A DNA stretch of 64,000 bases, taken from positions 567,172-631,171 of the forward strand of contig NW_003314349.1 in NCBI RefSeq assembly GCF_000143415.4, in the 5' to 3' direction. This stretch comes from Selaginella moellendorffii (taxonomy: Eukaryota > Plantae > Lycopodiophyta). Every line of letters starts with the position of its first letter. Position 1 is the first letter of the stretch. The notes under the pieces were generated by a model. It had not been told where the DNA came from. It did not search any database and saw only the letters and a program-made list of their open reading frames with translations. The translations under genes and the position numbers were made by a program. Shown one piece after another: positions 10,739-23,204 of the stretch.

Positions 10739-11858
10739 TCAAGGCCTTGTTTCTTGATAGCTTACAAGGGCATCCATATCAACTTCAATCTCTGTATCCG
10801 TCCCAAATACGGGCAGAACAATTTTCACCTAAGAAATAAATCACAATAAAAAATGTTAAACAAGAGAAAAAAGAAAGAAGTTGCACCTTTCCAGCCGGAA
10901 GGAACTCAAGGATTGTTCCTTGAAAGTTTTGATAGGCACCAGAGATCACTGCAACCATGTCTCCAACTCTCAAATCCCCCTGCCGCTGCTCGAGATCATC
11001 CACCTCCTTGACCTCCAGAAGAACTTGATCTTCCGAGGCTTTCTTTTTCTGTTGTTCAAGCTTGAACTCTCGTTCTCTTGTCGCAGCCTCTTCACGAAGA
11101 GCCTCGATCTGATAGCTCGGGACTGGCGCGGGGATACGAGCATCCGGGTAGCCACCTTTCATCATCTTTGTGTCATAGCCAGCCCTGCCAGAAATCTCGT
11201 CTAGAAAATCTTAAAGAGAGAAAATAGAAGATAGACGATCAAAGGAAAACTCACTTCATCTTGTATGGAAACGCTCCCACGAAGCAAAAGACCGAGCGTT
11301 CGTTCATAGCATGCCTGTAAACTGGAGCCTCAAGAACGCAGCGAAGGAAAATATGACCCCTGAGCATAGCTTTCATAGCGAACCTGGATTTTCCACGAAC
11401 AACACTCTCGGTGGGAATTATGGGAGACCATACCTTGCATCAAGGAAGAAGAAATTCATTCACTACTCCATGAACAAGAGAAACAAAATCTTCTTTACCT
11501 CAAACTTTGCATCTGGGAATTCGGCCTCGAGCGTCGAGCGAAGAGCTTCCATGGACTCGGCCTCGTTGTTGGTGAACACTCGCAGCGTGTACCACTGCAT
11601 TCCCATCTTGGCGAGATTCGCCAGGCTTGGATCGCTCTTCTTCTTCCTCCTTTGATCCACCTTCTTCTTCTCTTCTTCCTCTGGTTTGGGCAACTTACGC
11701 GATGCCGCGAGCTCCAGCCGACGCTCGTTCTTCTGCCGCCGCCGCTCCCTCCCTGTCAAATCCGTGTGCTCTACTGCCGATGCTACTGCGTGGATGCCGG
11801 CATTGGGCCGCCGGAGCAGCGCCAAAGCGAAAGAATCTAGTCGCACTACTCTATCCAT
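10739..11858 (-). CDS. NusG-like (NGN + KOW) organellar transcription factor, pTAC13-like, multi-exon
   Basis: QWYTLRVFTNNE..EFPDAKFE/VWSPIIP..MLRGHIFLRCVL..FCFVG (NGN); IPAPVPSYQIEAL; LRVGDMVAVISGAYQNFQGTI (KOW); VKIVLPVFGTDTEIEVD; telo-boxes at 11859 and 11906. Confidence 0.8.
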
Positions 11859-12454
11859 AAACCCTAAGTCACGAATAATCAAGGAGATTCCAAATTTAAA
11901 TTCATAAACCCTAATTCCCAAAAGAGGGGTTTACTAAGAAAGAACATTACTTGCTGTGAGAGAGCTTGTCCTTTTGACGATCATCAATCCTGGCAACAAG
12001 TTTGTGAATCGTCCTTGATCTTGCATCGATCTAAATGACTCCAAACTGATTGATGGAGCGCTAGAAAAACGTTTGCACGGCACATCCGTCCAGATCCCAC
12101 TCGAGTCAATTCCAATCCCCAATTCCAATCACTCCCTGGGAAATCATAATTCATGCTTTCGCTCAGTCGCCCATGAAGGCATCGAGACAACACCGAAATT
12201 AACTCCATCCATTTTTCTGGATTCGTCTCGCTGCCAGCCAGAAAAAAGCACTTTAAGGTCGCCACTCAAAGTCTATCATCGAATCAAACGAGAACACAAC
12301 CTATTGACAAAAAGTGTAGGAAACTTCACGACGCCATGCTCGATCCTCAATCAATCAATCAATCAAAAAGGTGGTGGCGGCTCCAATGAAAACATATACG
12401 TGTAGATTTGGTGCTTGACCACGCCCCGGCACCATAACTCTTGTGTGTTCTTTG

Positions 12455-12490
12455 TCTCTCTCTCTCTCTCTCTCTCTCTCGTTCTCTCTC
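12455..12490. repeat. (TC)n / GAGA microsatellite upstream of the HD-ZIP IV gene
   Basis: tctctctc run; further GA/TC runs near 13331, 14745 and 15255. Confidence 0.8.
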
Positions 12491-14934
12491 AAATTTGAAA
12501 TGTTTCTAGATAGATAGAAATGCCATCTCTCCAACTCCACCTATGATTCAAGGCAAGATCACGACGAGATCAAGCTTTAGAATTCACAAACAAAGATCGA
12601 TCGATACATGGAAAACGTTACAAAATTGATTGATTCTTTGGCATCTTTTGGCCGAGTGAAAAGATATCCTTCCTTTTTACCCCCCCGCGACTAGCTACTT
12701 ACCGACAGTTACGCTGCGTGAAGCGTAAATGTGAACCGTGTTTAACGGTGCACGGGAGTTGGGACGCACCATTCAATTCATCGGCGACATTCCAGCCACG
12801 CACGCAGGACTGGAATATCCCAGTCAATCAGCCTCTGGTTAATCTCTGTAAAACCGAAAAAACTTTCACCCGGGTTTCTGGTAAAACACGCGGGGTGAAA
12901 ACGACGCTGCTGTGCTGTGTTCTCGTACCTAAATTCGTGAAAAAGGTGGGAGAGGTTTGATTGAGGCAAACACGAGACAATAGACCGATCTTGTGACAAC
13001 GCATTCATGGTTTTCATTCTCCCGCGGGGAGGAAAAGTTGGGCGATCTTCTGGCTGTAAGTCGAATCGATCGATCTTTTTCCACTCGCGTTACATACTTG
13101 TAAGTAGTTTTCGCTCCTCCGGATGGATCGAGGGAGAGATATCCATCACTTCCCTCGCACACATTTATAACATATATACGAGCTCTCGCGCTCTTCTCGA
13201 CCTTTTCTTTCATATGACCCAAATCAATGCGAGCAAACAACACCAACAGCACTGGAGCTGGAACTGGAGAGGCGAGGATCAAGGAGCTCTTAAATTCCCA
13301 GGATATCTAGAGCTGTAATTCTGCTGGTTTGAGAGAGAGGGAGAGAGACAAAGACAGATGATCTCTCTTGGTTTGGAGCGAGTTAAGGAAAAGAGAGACG
13401 ATGGATCGCCGGAGCAGTTTTTAGCGAGATTTCTTTCGCGCAAACATCGATCTTGAATGATCTAATCATGGTACAGAGACAAGCACGGTGGAATTGAATG
13501 GTGATCAAAGGGTTGGAATGGGATGGAGATCATGGATGATGCATGGGCCTGAGCGATCGCGATCGCTTCTTTCTTTCGCCACCCCCAGATATAGGTAGGG
13601 GTGATTTATGAGCACGCAATCACCATATAGATATACGGTCCATTGGCCATTAAATTGCACTAGAAAAGGTTTATCATTCACTCAACATTGTCTGTTATGT
13701 TTCGCATTGAATGAATGCATGGCATGGGTAAGATGAATGGGTGGCATTGTATGGATATGATTCATGCATGCTCAAAGCATGGGTATGGCAATGGTGACAT
13801 GACATGGCATGGCGGGCGTAGGTGGATTTGGCAGCGCAGGCCCTTTCCATCCTCCGCCAAATGTAGAGGTGATTTTCTGGCAGTGGCCAGTGTGCCAAAT
13901 TTGGGCAATGTGACCATTAATTGCTCCACTGCGCAGAGGCCGTCAGGACTGCGGACGCCATTAATGATGGGTGGGGCTCGAGAGCTCAAAACGCTCCCGG
14001 CCTACGCCATACAACGCGGGAGTCGGGCGTTTGGGCGTAGGTCGCTGGGCGATCGCCCGTCTCCTGGACAATGTACATGTCTATGCCACATCTCCGAGTT
14101 TTTGTTTTATTACTGTGTAAATTACAAATATTGTCAACAATGTAAAATATCCATAGTTCTGAAAAGTCAAATACCAAAATGTTATCAAAATTTTTCTAAT
14201 ATTTTAAAAATATCTCAAGCTTCAAAAATAATATAAACAATTCGAAAACTATTTTGACCATTAAAACTTACCAGGAATTTCATTTATATTGAAATATATA
14301 TTGTTTATCCATCCACATGGATGCCATGCCCATGCATACGAGCTATGGCCTTTTGTTTCTTTCAAGATGCTCACCGGGTGACACACACACCAATTTAATG
14401 CTGTGGTGTTCATTCATTCATACTTCCCCTCGCTGCTGCACTACTACTCGCTCCTGAACTACATCTACTGCTCTCCTCCCTTCGATCTTTAGGTTTGTCG
14501 ATCGTCCCTGCAGTGTTCTAGCAGGAAAAACCAAGCTCGCTCTCTTTCAGGAGGATTGAACAAGGCCACCACCGCTCGCCGCTGCTGAGCTCCTAACAGG
14601 CAATCGCAGATTGAGAGGGAGAGACAGAGAGAGAAGGTTGTGTAATCCAAATCACCCAAGTCGATCTAGCTTCTTGCTGGAGCTGGAACAACAAGACAAC
14701 AGCGTGGATCTACGCCACCAAGATGAAGATGATATTTTACCTTCCTTCTCTCTCTCTCTCTCTGGATCTCTGAGAGATTGTTGGAGGCAAATTCACGACC
14801 TCGTTTGCCTCTCTCACTCTCTCGAGTCCCTTTGCTCTCAAACAACGAAGAAGACGAACAAACGCTAGAAAGAAAAAGAAGTGGAGCGATCTAGAGGAGA
14901 GAAGTAGAAGTAGTAGCGAGCGTTTGTATAGAGC

Positions 14935-17900
14935 ATGAGGCTTGGAGGCCCGACTGTGGCGCTCTTGGCCAACGACAGTGTTGTGGCGGGCGGCGCTGGA
15001 GGAGGATTGCTGGGCGACATTCCAAACATGCCGGCTGGAGCAATGGCGGCTCCCAGGCTCATCCCTCCCTCGCCCTCCATGCCGCGAAGAGGAAATGGAG
15101 GAGGAGGAGCAAACATCTATAGCTCCAGCCCCGGCCTCACTCTTGGCCTGGTAAGTAAAGATCTTCTTATGGATTCTCTCGCGCTCCCTCTCTTTACTCT
15201 TTTCTCCTTCCTCTCCTCGAATTCATACTCCTTAAATCTCTCCTCTAGATTTTCTTCTCTCTCTCTCTCTTGCGACTCTTCGGCTGATACCAAAGGGTGA
15301 TTTTTCTGCCACAGCCGAGCATTGTCGATGGGAGGCAGCAAGGTGGGGCTGGAGCCGGCGATGGCGACGCGCAGAATCAATCGGGGATTGGAGCGCCCAT
15401 GAAGCTGAGTAGCAAGAACAAGGACGAGGAGTATGAGAGCCGGTCTGGGAGTGATAACATGGATGGGTCTGGAGGGGAGGATCAGGACAATGAGCCGCCG
15501 AGGAAGAAGCGCTACCACCGACATACTCCACACCAGATTCAAGAGATGGAAGCGTAAGAGATTGGTTTTGGTGTTGTTCTCGATTGGAAGTCCTCAAGGT
15601 GGATTTTTTCTTCGTTTTCTCGCGCAGCTTGTTCAAGGAGTGCCCGCATCCGGATGACAAGCAGCGGCAGGAGCTCAGCCGGGAGCTCGGATTGGAGCCG
15701 CGGCAAGTCAAGTTTTGGTTCCAGAATCGAAGGACCCAGCTCAAGGTAGGGGGAGAGTTCTTGCTGGTTTTCTTATCGTTTCTTTGCCTTGTTCCGTCGC
15801 CCAGGCCCAGCAGGAGAGGGCCGAGAACTCCATGCTACGTCTCGAGATAGAGAAGTTGCGAGCCGAGAATGTGACGATGCGCGAGGCCATCAAGAACGCG
15901 TCGTGTCCGAGTTGCGGGGGCCCGGCCACGCTCGGTGAGATGTCCTACGACGAGCAGCAATTGCGAATCGAGAATGCGCGGCTCAAAGACGAGGTAAGCC
16001 CACAAACATCCTGCAAGTTGAGCTTCCTTCTCGCTCGCTCACTCACTGGATGAAAAAAAAAATCCAAACTTTGCAGCTCGATCGCGTCTCGACACTGGCA
16101 GCCAAGTACCTGGGCCGGCCAATCCCACACCTCTCCGGCGGCGGCTCGCAAGCGCCGAGCTCCTCCCTGGATCTCGCCGTGGGTGGCGCCGCCAACTTTC
16201 ATCAGGGTGGCGCCGCCGCCGCTGGATCGCTCGTCTCCGCGGGCTCGGAATCCATGAGGCCCGGAGGTTTGAGCGAGGCGGACAAGCCCATGATCGTGGA
16301 TCTCGCGGTGACCGCCATGGAAGAACTCTATCGCCTCTGCCAGCCCGAGGAGCCATCGTGGATTCCCAGCCCCGACGGACCAAAGGAAGTTCTCAACTAT
16401 GACGAGTACATCCGGCAGTACCAATCCGCGCTGGGACCTCGCCCCTATGGCATGCGTACGGAAGCCACCCGCGAGAGTGATCTGGTGATGATGAACGGCG
16501 TCAACTTGGTGGAGCTTCTCATGGATTCGGTAAGTTCTTTGTTGTTTTTCTTCGTTGTTCTTGCGGATGATGATCGTAAGGTGGCATTGTCTCAGGCGAA
16601 ATGGGCGGAGATCTTCCCCAGCATTGTGTCTCGAGCAGTCACCATTGATGTTCTGGCAACCGGAGTTACAGGAAACCGGAATGGCGCCGTTCAGTTGGTA
16701 CGTGCTCATCCAAACCAGAAAAAAAGCTTCTTTGTTTTTGTTCTCTATCTGGAAGAACTTTGCGTGATTGCTTTCGATGCTTCTAAACCTTGTTTTTGTA
16801 TTTGATCTTCCTTCGCAGATGTATGCCGAGATGCAAGTCTTGTCGCCTCTGGTTCCAACTCGCGAGTTTTACTTCGTGAGGTACTGCAAGCAGCACGCGG
16901 ATGGAGTCTGGGGAATCGTGGACGTTTCCGTAGATGCGCTCGCTCGCGAGGCAGCGCCCTCTTCCAATCGGTGCCGGAGACGCCCCTCGGGATATCTCAT
17001 CCAGGACATGCCCAATGGCTACTCAAAGGTACGCACAAAATCACTTTTTTACTCGTTCTTCCGCTGCTTTCTCGTCGTCTCCATGGGAGTCCGAGGCTCT
17101 GGTGTGTGATGTGACAATCCATTGACTTGTGCGTTGGATTCTTGTGTGCTGCGAAAACTTTTAGGTGACGGTGTTGGAGCATGTGGAATACGATGATCGA
17201 TCCGTCAACAGGATTTACAAGCCTTATGTCAACAGTGGTCTCGCTTTTGGAGCACAGAGATGGCTGCTCACGCTGCAGCGCCAGTGCGAGAGGCTCGCCA
17301 GTCTATTGGCCACCAGCATCTCTGCCAGAGATCTTGGAGGTAGTACTTTCTTTCCTCTTCCATCTTTTCTTTCGAAGAACTTAGAGAGAGGAGGGAACAA
17401 AAAAATGCTTTTTTTCTCAGCTGGTTCTTCCCCCTCCTCTTTGTTTGTTCACGGGCATTGTTTTTCTTCCTCGGCTTTGTTTAATGGTTTGTTTTGCTTT
17501 GCTGCCAGTGATACCCAATGCGAGTGGCCGCCGGAGCATGCTCAAGTTGGCGCAGCGCATGACGAATAACTTCTGCGCGGGCGTGAGTGCGTCCACTGTG
17601 CACACTTGGACGACGCTGTCCGGTAGCGGCGAGGACGATGTCCGTGTCATGACTCGCAAGAGCGTCGACAATCCCGGCGAACCGCACGGGATTGTTCTCA
17701 GCGCCGCCACCTCTCTATGGCTTCCAGTGCCTCCGAAGCGCGTGTTTGAGTTCTTGCGAGACGAGAGGCTACGCAACGAGGTAACAGAGCTTCGTTTGAT
17801 CCATCAAAATCGAGTTTTTGTATCGGTTTTCTTGGTTTTTTTCAGTGGGACATTCTCTCCAACGGTGGAATGGTGCAAGAGATGGCTCACATCGCCAAAG

Positions 17901-18393
17901 GACAGGATCCAGGCAACAGTGTCTCTCTCCTCCGTGTCAACGTAAGCTTTCTTGGAGCTTTCGATCTTCGATCTCTAGAACTGAAACTTATTCCTGTCTC
18001 TCTTTCCAGACTCTCAACTCGACGCACAGCAATATGCTCATCCTCCAGGAGAGCTGCACCGACGACTCGGGCTCGCTCGTAGTTTACGCTCCGGTGGACA
18101 TCCCAGCCATGAACTTGGTAATGCAGGGTGGCGACCCGGCCTACGTTGCTTTGCTCCCCTCCGGCTTTGCGATCCTCCCCGACGGACAGGACCACTGTGG
18201 AAGTCTCCAGCACGATAGTCTAGAGGTGGACAGGCCCAGGGTTCCAGGCTCGCTCTTGACAGTGGCATTCCAGATTCTCGTCAGCAATGTTCCTTCCGCA
18301 AAGCTCTCGCTCGAGTCCGTGACAACCGTGAACAATCTCATCTCGTGCACTGTCCAGAAGATCAAGGCCGCGCTCCAGTGTGACAATCAGTGA
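14935..18393 (+). CDS. Class IV homeodomain-leucine zipper transcription factor (HD, ZLZ, START, SAD); ANL2/ATML1/HDG family
   Basis: [57 protein letters not shown]; CPSCGGP zipper loop; [25 protein letters not shown]; [19 protein letters not shown]; [23 protein letters not shown]; about 10 exons. Confidence 0.96.
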
Positions 18394-19050
18394 TGGAAAG
18401 CTGGGAAGTGATCAGGAAAGTTGGGTGGGATGGATGGATGATGGATGGTTTTTTGGGGGACAGGATCACAGGACAGGTGGTGGAACTTCTCGTTCTTTTC
18501 GTAGGGGATGACTTCTCAGTTCTTTCTCTCTTTCGGTACGATCTTCCTCCGCCAGCTTTCCAGGGGCTCCAAGGTCTGGTTTTGAAAGATGGATCGAGAC
18601 AGGGGCGATATGTTGCATGCAAGTTGGGGCTTGAGCAAGCCGAGGAGTGGTCAAACAAGGTTCTCGGGGAGCTTTTTTCCTTGATCTCTCTCCTTTTTGG
18701 CAAGCTCGGTTTTGGTTATACACTGGACAGAAGTTTGGGACTCGCTTGAGGGAAAATCACCACTCTTTTGACAACACTGGCTAGTGAAGAAGGCAATGAT
18801 TCTTTTGTTCTTTCTCGACTACAAACACCACAACACAAGGCAGTGAGCTCGCATTGAGCAGGGTGGTGATTTTTTCCCTCAGGAAGGATTTGCTCTTGGG
18901 ACTTCCGTGCCAACATAGCAGGGAAAGCAAAGAAAACTGGAGAAGAATAAGCACCGGGAAGGCTGGGAACTCGTGGAGGAGGAAAAGCAAACTTTTAGAG
19001 GCTCTCTTTCTAACATATAAGAAAAAGGTGAGATATGGAGTATATGGGAG

Positions 19051-19241
19051 GGAGTCAAGAACGCACCATCGAAAGCTCCCTTGCAGCGTGGTAAAGTCTG
19101 GATTCATAGATGCACTCCAGTGTGAGTGTAGATCACTGGCGGTGGAACAACACTGGTGATTTCGCTCACACTGGCACAAACTCTGTGCACGACGAGTCTC
19201 GCTTCACCACGGTGCAAGGCAAATGGTTCGGGCATTGACTT
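19051..19241 (+). promoter_or_regulatory. Paired conserved HD-ZIP IV 3'UTR motifs
   Basis: GGAGTCAAGAACGCACCA (19051-19068) and TGGTTCGGGCATTGACTT (19224-19241) match the partly complementary 3'UTR elements I recall from class IV HD-ZIP genes. Confidence 0.75.
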
Positions 19242-21033
19242 CACTTCCACTCCAGATTTCCATGTATCAGTTGTTTGCTTTCGATTGATCTAAAATCTAA
19301 GAAACATTGTGTTCTTGACTCCGTGTCCAAAGTTCTCGTGAGAATAGGAGAAAGCGAGTGAGACTAGTTCTTGACGATCTTTTCTTCGTTGCATGGATTC
19401 GATTCAATGCGCGCAGTGAATGCCGAATGCGACCCTTTTCTCACACGTAAGCTCTGAAAGGAGAAAACTTTGTTGGTCCCATCTCTATGGATCGATCGAG
19501 GGGAGCAAGTCTTTATGGAGTTTTTCTTCGCGGGAGAGAGGATCACCCATTTAAGTTGTAGCGTCCAAAAGCTCGGGACAAGGCAAGGCGTGTCGTGGTA
19601 TATGTGATTATGCTCGATTTCTCACAGCCACCGAGGCTCTTTCTTGGTCTCTTTCACGACCCAGACAGTGTAGAGAAGGCTGGAATTTATAGAAGATATC
19701 TTCACATTAATGTTTTAACGAGATCTATAACATCGCTCGATCAATGCTCTTGTTCACATACAAAAGATATGATGGGTGTGATGAATGCTGCTACGCAATG
19801 TGGGATCACGCAAACATATCTGTGGATCTATGGAGATCGTTGATGCTGAAATCTTTCAGCATAGACAAAGGTGGCGACAACGCATGAAAGAGAAACCTAT
19901 TGCTGTAGTGTCGCAATAATCTTACGTGTTGATGAGTTGGGCAACCAACACCCAGACGATGACATATGAATTATAATTATTAGTTTAAATTAAGCACAAA
20001 TAAATATTCAGTTGCTATTTATAATATTAAAAACATTATTTGGATTTTTTTCTTGGATATTGAAGTTCAATGATAAGTCACCCGGATCTTTCAGGAAAAC
20101 GCAAAACAGAACGGAAGAAGTGCACACGCATTCATTTCCAAAGCCCCGGGGTAGCTCCTGGAGATTTTACTGCGCGCATCTATACACATCAATTGGTCCG
20201 CTGTGAAAGGAAAAGCTCACGCAATTCCGCTGATGCGCTCGTCCCGCACACCCACGGATCAAGGATTTGTGTTGTTGAATTGAAAAGCCGGCCCACCAGA
20301 TGCCCCACAGCGGCAAATTGACACCAGCATTTGCCAGTATCCTCCTTTTCTGTTGTGTACCACCGATGGTTTCCTCACACACACATATGCTCTCTCTTTC
20401 TCTCTCCTTTGTGTGTGTGTGCTGGAAGTAGCTTGGCTATGGCTATGGCGGGTCCTTCTTGGCTTCCTGGCTGTGATTTTGATGCCAAGCCAGCATGAAA
20501 GGGAAAAGGTGGCGCATTCAATGCGAAGGCTACTGCGAGCATTCAATGCGACGACGCGCATTGCGCAGTAGTCTTTGGCAGCAGCAGCACACATCAGTGT
20601 GCCACCAATTTCTTTCGCTTTTCTTTTGCGAGCTAAGAGCTTGCAGGAGATGGAGATGGAGATGGAGATGGAGGAGTATAGGAGCGAGAAGCCAAAAGAA
20701 AAAGAATGGAAATACGGGAGAGAGGGCTCAGCAGCTCTCATCAATGAGACGATGGTTTTTGGTTGCTTGTGTCTGCTGCTTACTGGGTTTTGAAAGTGAC
20801 GACACTAGATCACGAGATCACACTGAGAGTTTAGAGTTTTTTTGGCGATCGCATCATCGCGTCGTAGCGCTGTCCCAGCTCCCGAAGTTAATGCTGCTGC
20901 TGCTGGCTGCTCCTGCTGCCCACGAAAAGAAAGAAAAGAATTCCTGGAGCGACAGTGACGACTTTGATGATCTATGCGGCAGTGGTGGTTTTCAATCACA
21001 GGCAAAAGCAGTGCTTCATGGTCCTAATAAATA

Positions 21034-21475
21034 ATGGCGATCAGGTGTGGTACCATCCCAGGCTGGGGGCTTTCAAGAGAGATACTGGCGTCTGCCGTCC
21101 GAGATTCCAGGGATTTGCCGAGCTTGAGGCGGGCGCAGCGTGACATACGGAGCTCCGGCTATGGCGGCTGCCGGTTTCTCGCGAATCTGCTGGTGGAGAC
21201 GCTCATGCCCAGAATCGGCATCTTGATGCTGGGGAGGCCACCTTTTGGGTGATGCCGGATAGAACTCTTGTCACTTGGACGCATTGTGAAGAGCTTACAC
21301 GGCGTGTGGGTGTTTGGAAACGGCCCACGAAACGTTTCTAGAAATGCCAGGGCACAGCCAAGTGTCATGGACGATTTTGCTTCAAGCATATGCCCAAGCG
21401 GGGCATCTGGAAAACAGAACTAAATTTTTGTTTGACAAAGATTTTGTAAAAGGACTTGATCTGCTTTAACGCATT
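21034..21475 (+). pseudogene. Truncated, internally deleted 5' copy of the PPR gene at 21960
   Basis: MAIRCGTIPGWGLSREILASAVRDSRDLPSLRRAQRDIRSSGYGGCRFLANLLVE versus MAITIPGWELSRELLASAIRDCRDMWSLRRAQHDIRSSGYGGCRFLANLLVE; deletions and frameshifts follow. Confidence 0.9.
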
Positions 21476-21959
21476 CATTCTGCATACAGCCAGCAAGGAT
21501 ATATATCAAAAGCCAAAAATCTCTTTGAAGAAATCCCAATATGTGAGTTATGCTCAATTTTTCTTTTTTATTTTCGAATTTCAGGTATTTATTCTCATTA
21601 TCCTCTGTCATTGTCCAGGATTTACCTTTATTAGCAAAAAAAACTCATAGCAGAGAAAGTCTAATAAATTATCATGATATCTTTACCGTCTTTGCTTCTC
21701 TAAACCCAACAGTTTTCATCCCAGCTGGAAAAAAGAAAATTCTTTAGTATTCTTTAGCTATTATAATTCTCAAAAGTTACTCTTCTTTATTTGTTTGGAT
21801 TTGATTTGATTTTAAGATTTGGTATTGTTTTCTTAAAAAAGGTTAACCATATTCTAATATTAAAACTTATTTATTAAAATTAAAAGACAAATCGAGGAAT
21901 ATTTCACAATTATACTTAGTTTTTTTACTTGCTTAGATATGACTTACAAATAATTAAAT

Positions 21960-23168
21960 ATGGCGATCACCATCCCAGGCTGGGAGCTTTCAAGAGAGCT
22001 GTTGGCTTCTGCCATCCGAGATTGCAGGGATATGTGGAGCTTGAGGAGGGCACAGCATGACATACGGAGCTCCGGCTATGGTGGCTGCCGGTTTCTCGCG
22101 AATCTGCTGGTGGAGATGTTTGGGAAGCTCGGGAGTGTGAGGAGTGCCGAGGCCGCCTTCGCCACCATCGAGGAACCAAACGTTTACTCGTGGACGATTC
22201 TTCTCTGCGCTTATGCCCAGAATGGGCATCTTGATTCAGCGGAGGCGACGTTTTGGGCGATGCCGGATAGAACTCTTGTCACTTGGAACGCTCTGTTAAG
22301 AGCTTACACGGAATGCGGGTGTTTGGAGGAGGCCCACGAAACGTTTCTTGAAATGCCCGAGCACAACCAAGTGTCATGGACGATTTTGCTTCAAGGATAT
22401 GCCCAAGCGGGGCATCTGGAGAATGCTAAGGTTTTGTTTGACAGAGTTCCAGTGAAAGACTTGATCTGCTTTAACGCGTTGATTTCAGCATATGGCCAGC
22501 AAGGGTATCTATCAGAAGCCAAAAACCTCTTTGATGAAATGCCCATTGCGAGTTTGATCACCTGGAACAGCGTTCTTGTAGCATATGCCCAAAACGGGCA
22601 TATACGCGAAGCCAGGGAGCTCTTTGACGCGATGCCCGAGCAAAGCCTGGTTTCCTGCACCACCATTCTGCAGGCGTATGCCCAAAACGGGCATCTCAAA
22701 GAAGCCGCAAAGATGCATTCCTGGATGCTAGAACAGGACCACGTTTCGTGGAGCTGCATGGTATCAGCGCACGCTCACTTTGGACGCGGCAGGGACGCGA
22801 TCGAGATGTTTCACGTCATGGTTTTGGAAGGATTTGAGGCATCGAAGGTTACTCTTCTCAGTCTTCTCATCGCTTGCAGCCACACTGGGAAGCTCGAGAG
22901 GTGCCGCCAAGAGTTTGTGGGGATGGCTGGAGATTATTTGGTGATTCCTCGCTGCGAGCACTACTGCTGCATGGTGGACATCCTCGGTCGCGCTGGGCAC
23001 CATGAGGAAGCCAAAGATCTCCTCTGGTCGATGCCTTTCGAGCCATCTCCAATCGCTTGGTCGGCCATGCTTGGGTCTCTGGTGATTCACAGCGATCGAG
23101 ATCGAGGTGGTGAAGAGCTTGTCAAAGTGCGCATGCGAGTTCTGGAGCAGCAAAATTCCATCTTGTGA
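21960..23168 (+). CDS. PLS-class PPR protein with partial E domain, no DYW (402 aa)
   Basis: Tandem ~31-aa repeats (FDxMP..VSW..L.AYAQNGH); HYCCMVDILGRAG..SMPFEPSPIAWSAMLG. Confidence 0.92.
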   Translation: MAITIPGWELSRELLASAIRDCRDMWSLRRAQHDIRSSGYGGCRFLANLLVEMFGKLGSVRSAEAAFATIEEPNVYSWTILLCAYAQNGHLDSAEATFWAMPDRTLVTWNALLRAYTECGCLEEAHETFLEMPEHNQVSWTILLQGYAQAGHLENAKVLFDRVPVKDLICFNALISAYGQQGYLSEAKNLFDEMPIASLITWNSVLVAYAQNGHIREARELFDAMPEQSLVSCTTILQAYAQNGHLKEAAKMHSWMLEQDHVSWSCMVSAHAHFGRGRDAIEMFHVMVLEGFEASKVTLLSLLIACSHTGKLERCRQEFVGMAGDYLVIPRCEHYCCMVDILGRAGHHEEAKDLLWSMPFEPSPIAWSAMLGSLVIHSDRDRGGEELVKVRMRVLEQQNSIL

Positions 23169-23204
23169 ATTTGGCAAAGCTTAATCGACAACAAGTTTGA
23201 GAAG

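Noticed and set aside
12400-14934. L1-box autoregulatory site (TAAATGYA) for HD-ZIP IV
   Set aside because: Only near matches were seen by eye (taaatgtg, taaattgca)
20259-21030. Several 70-180 aa ORFs including a (GAGATG)n MEMEME tract
   Set aside because: Low complexity, inconsistent frames and no family motif; cannot support a gene
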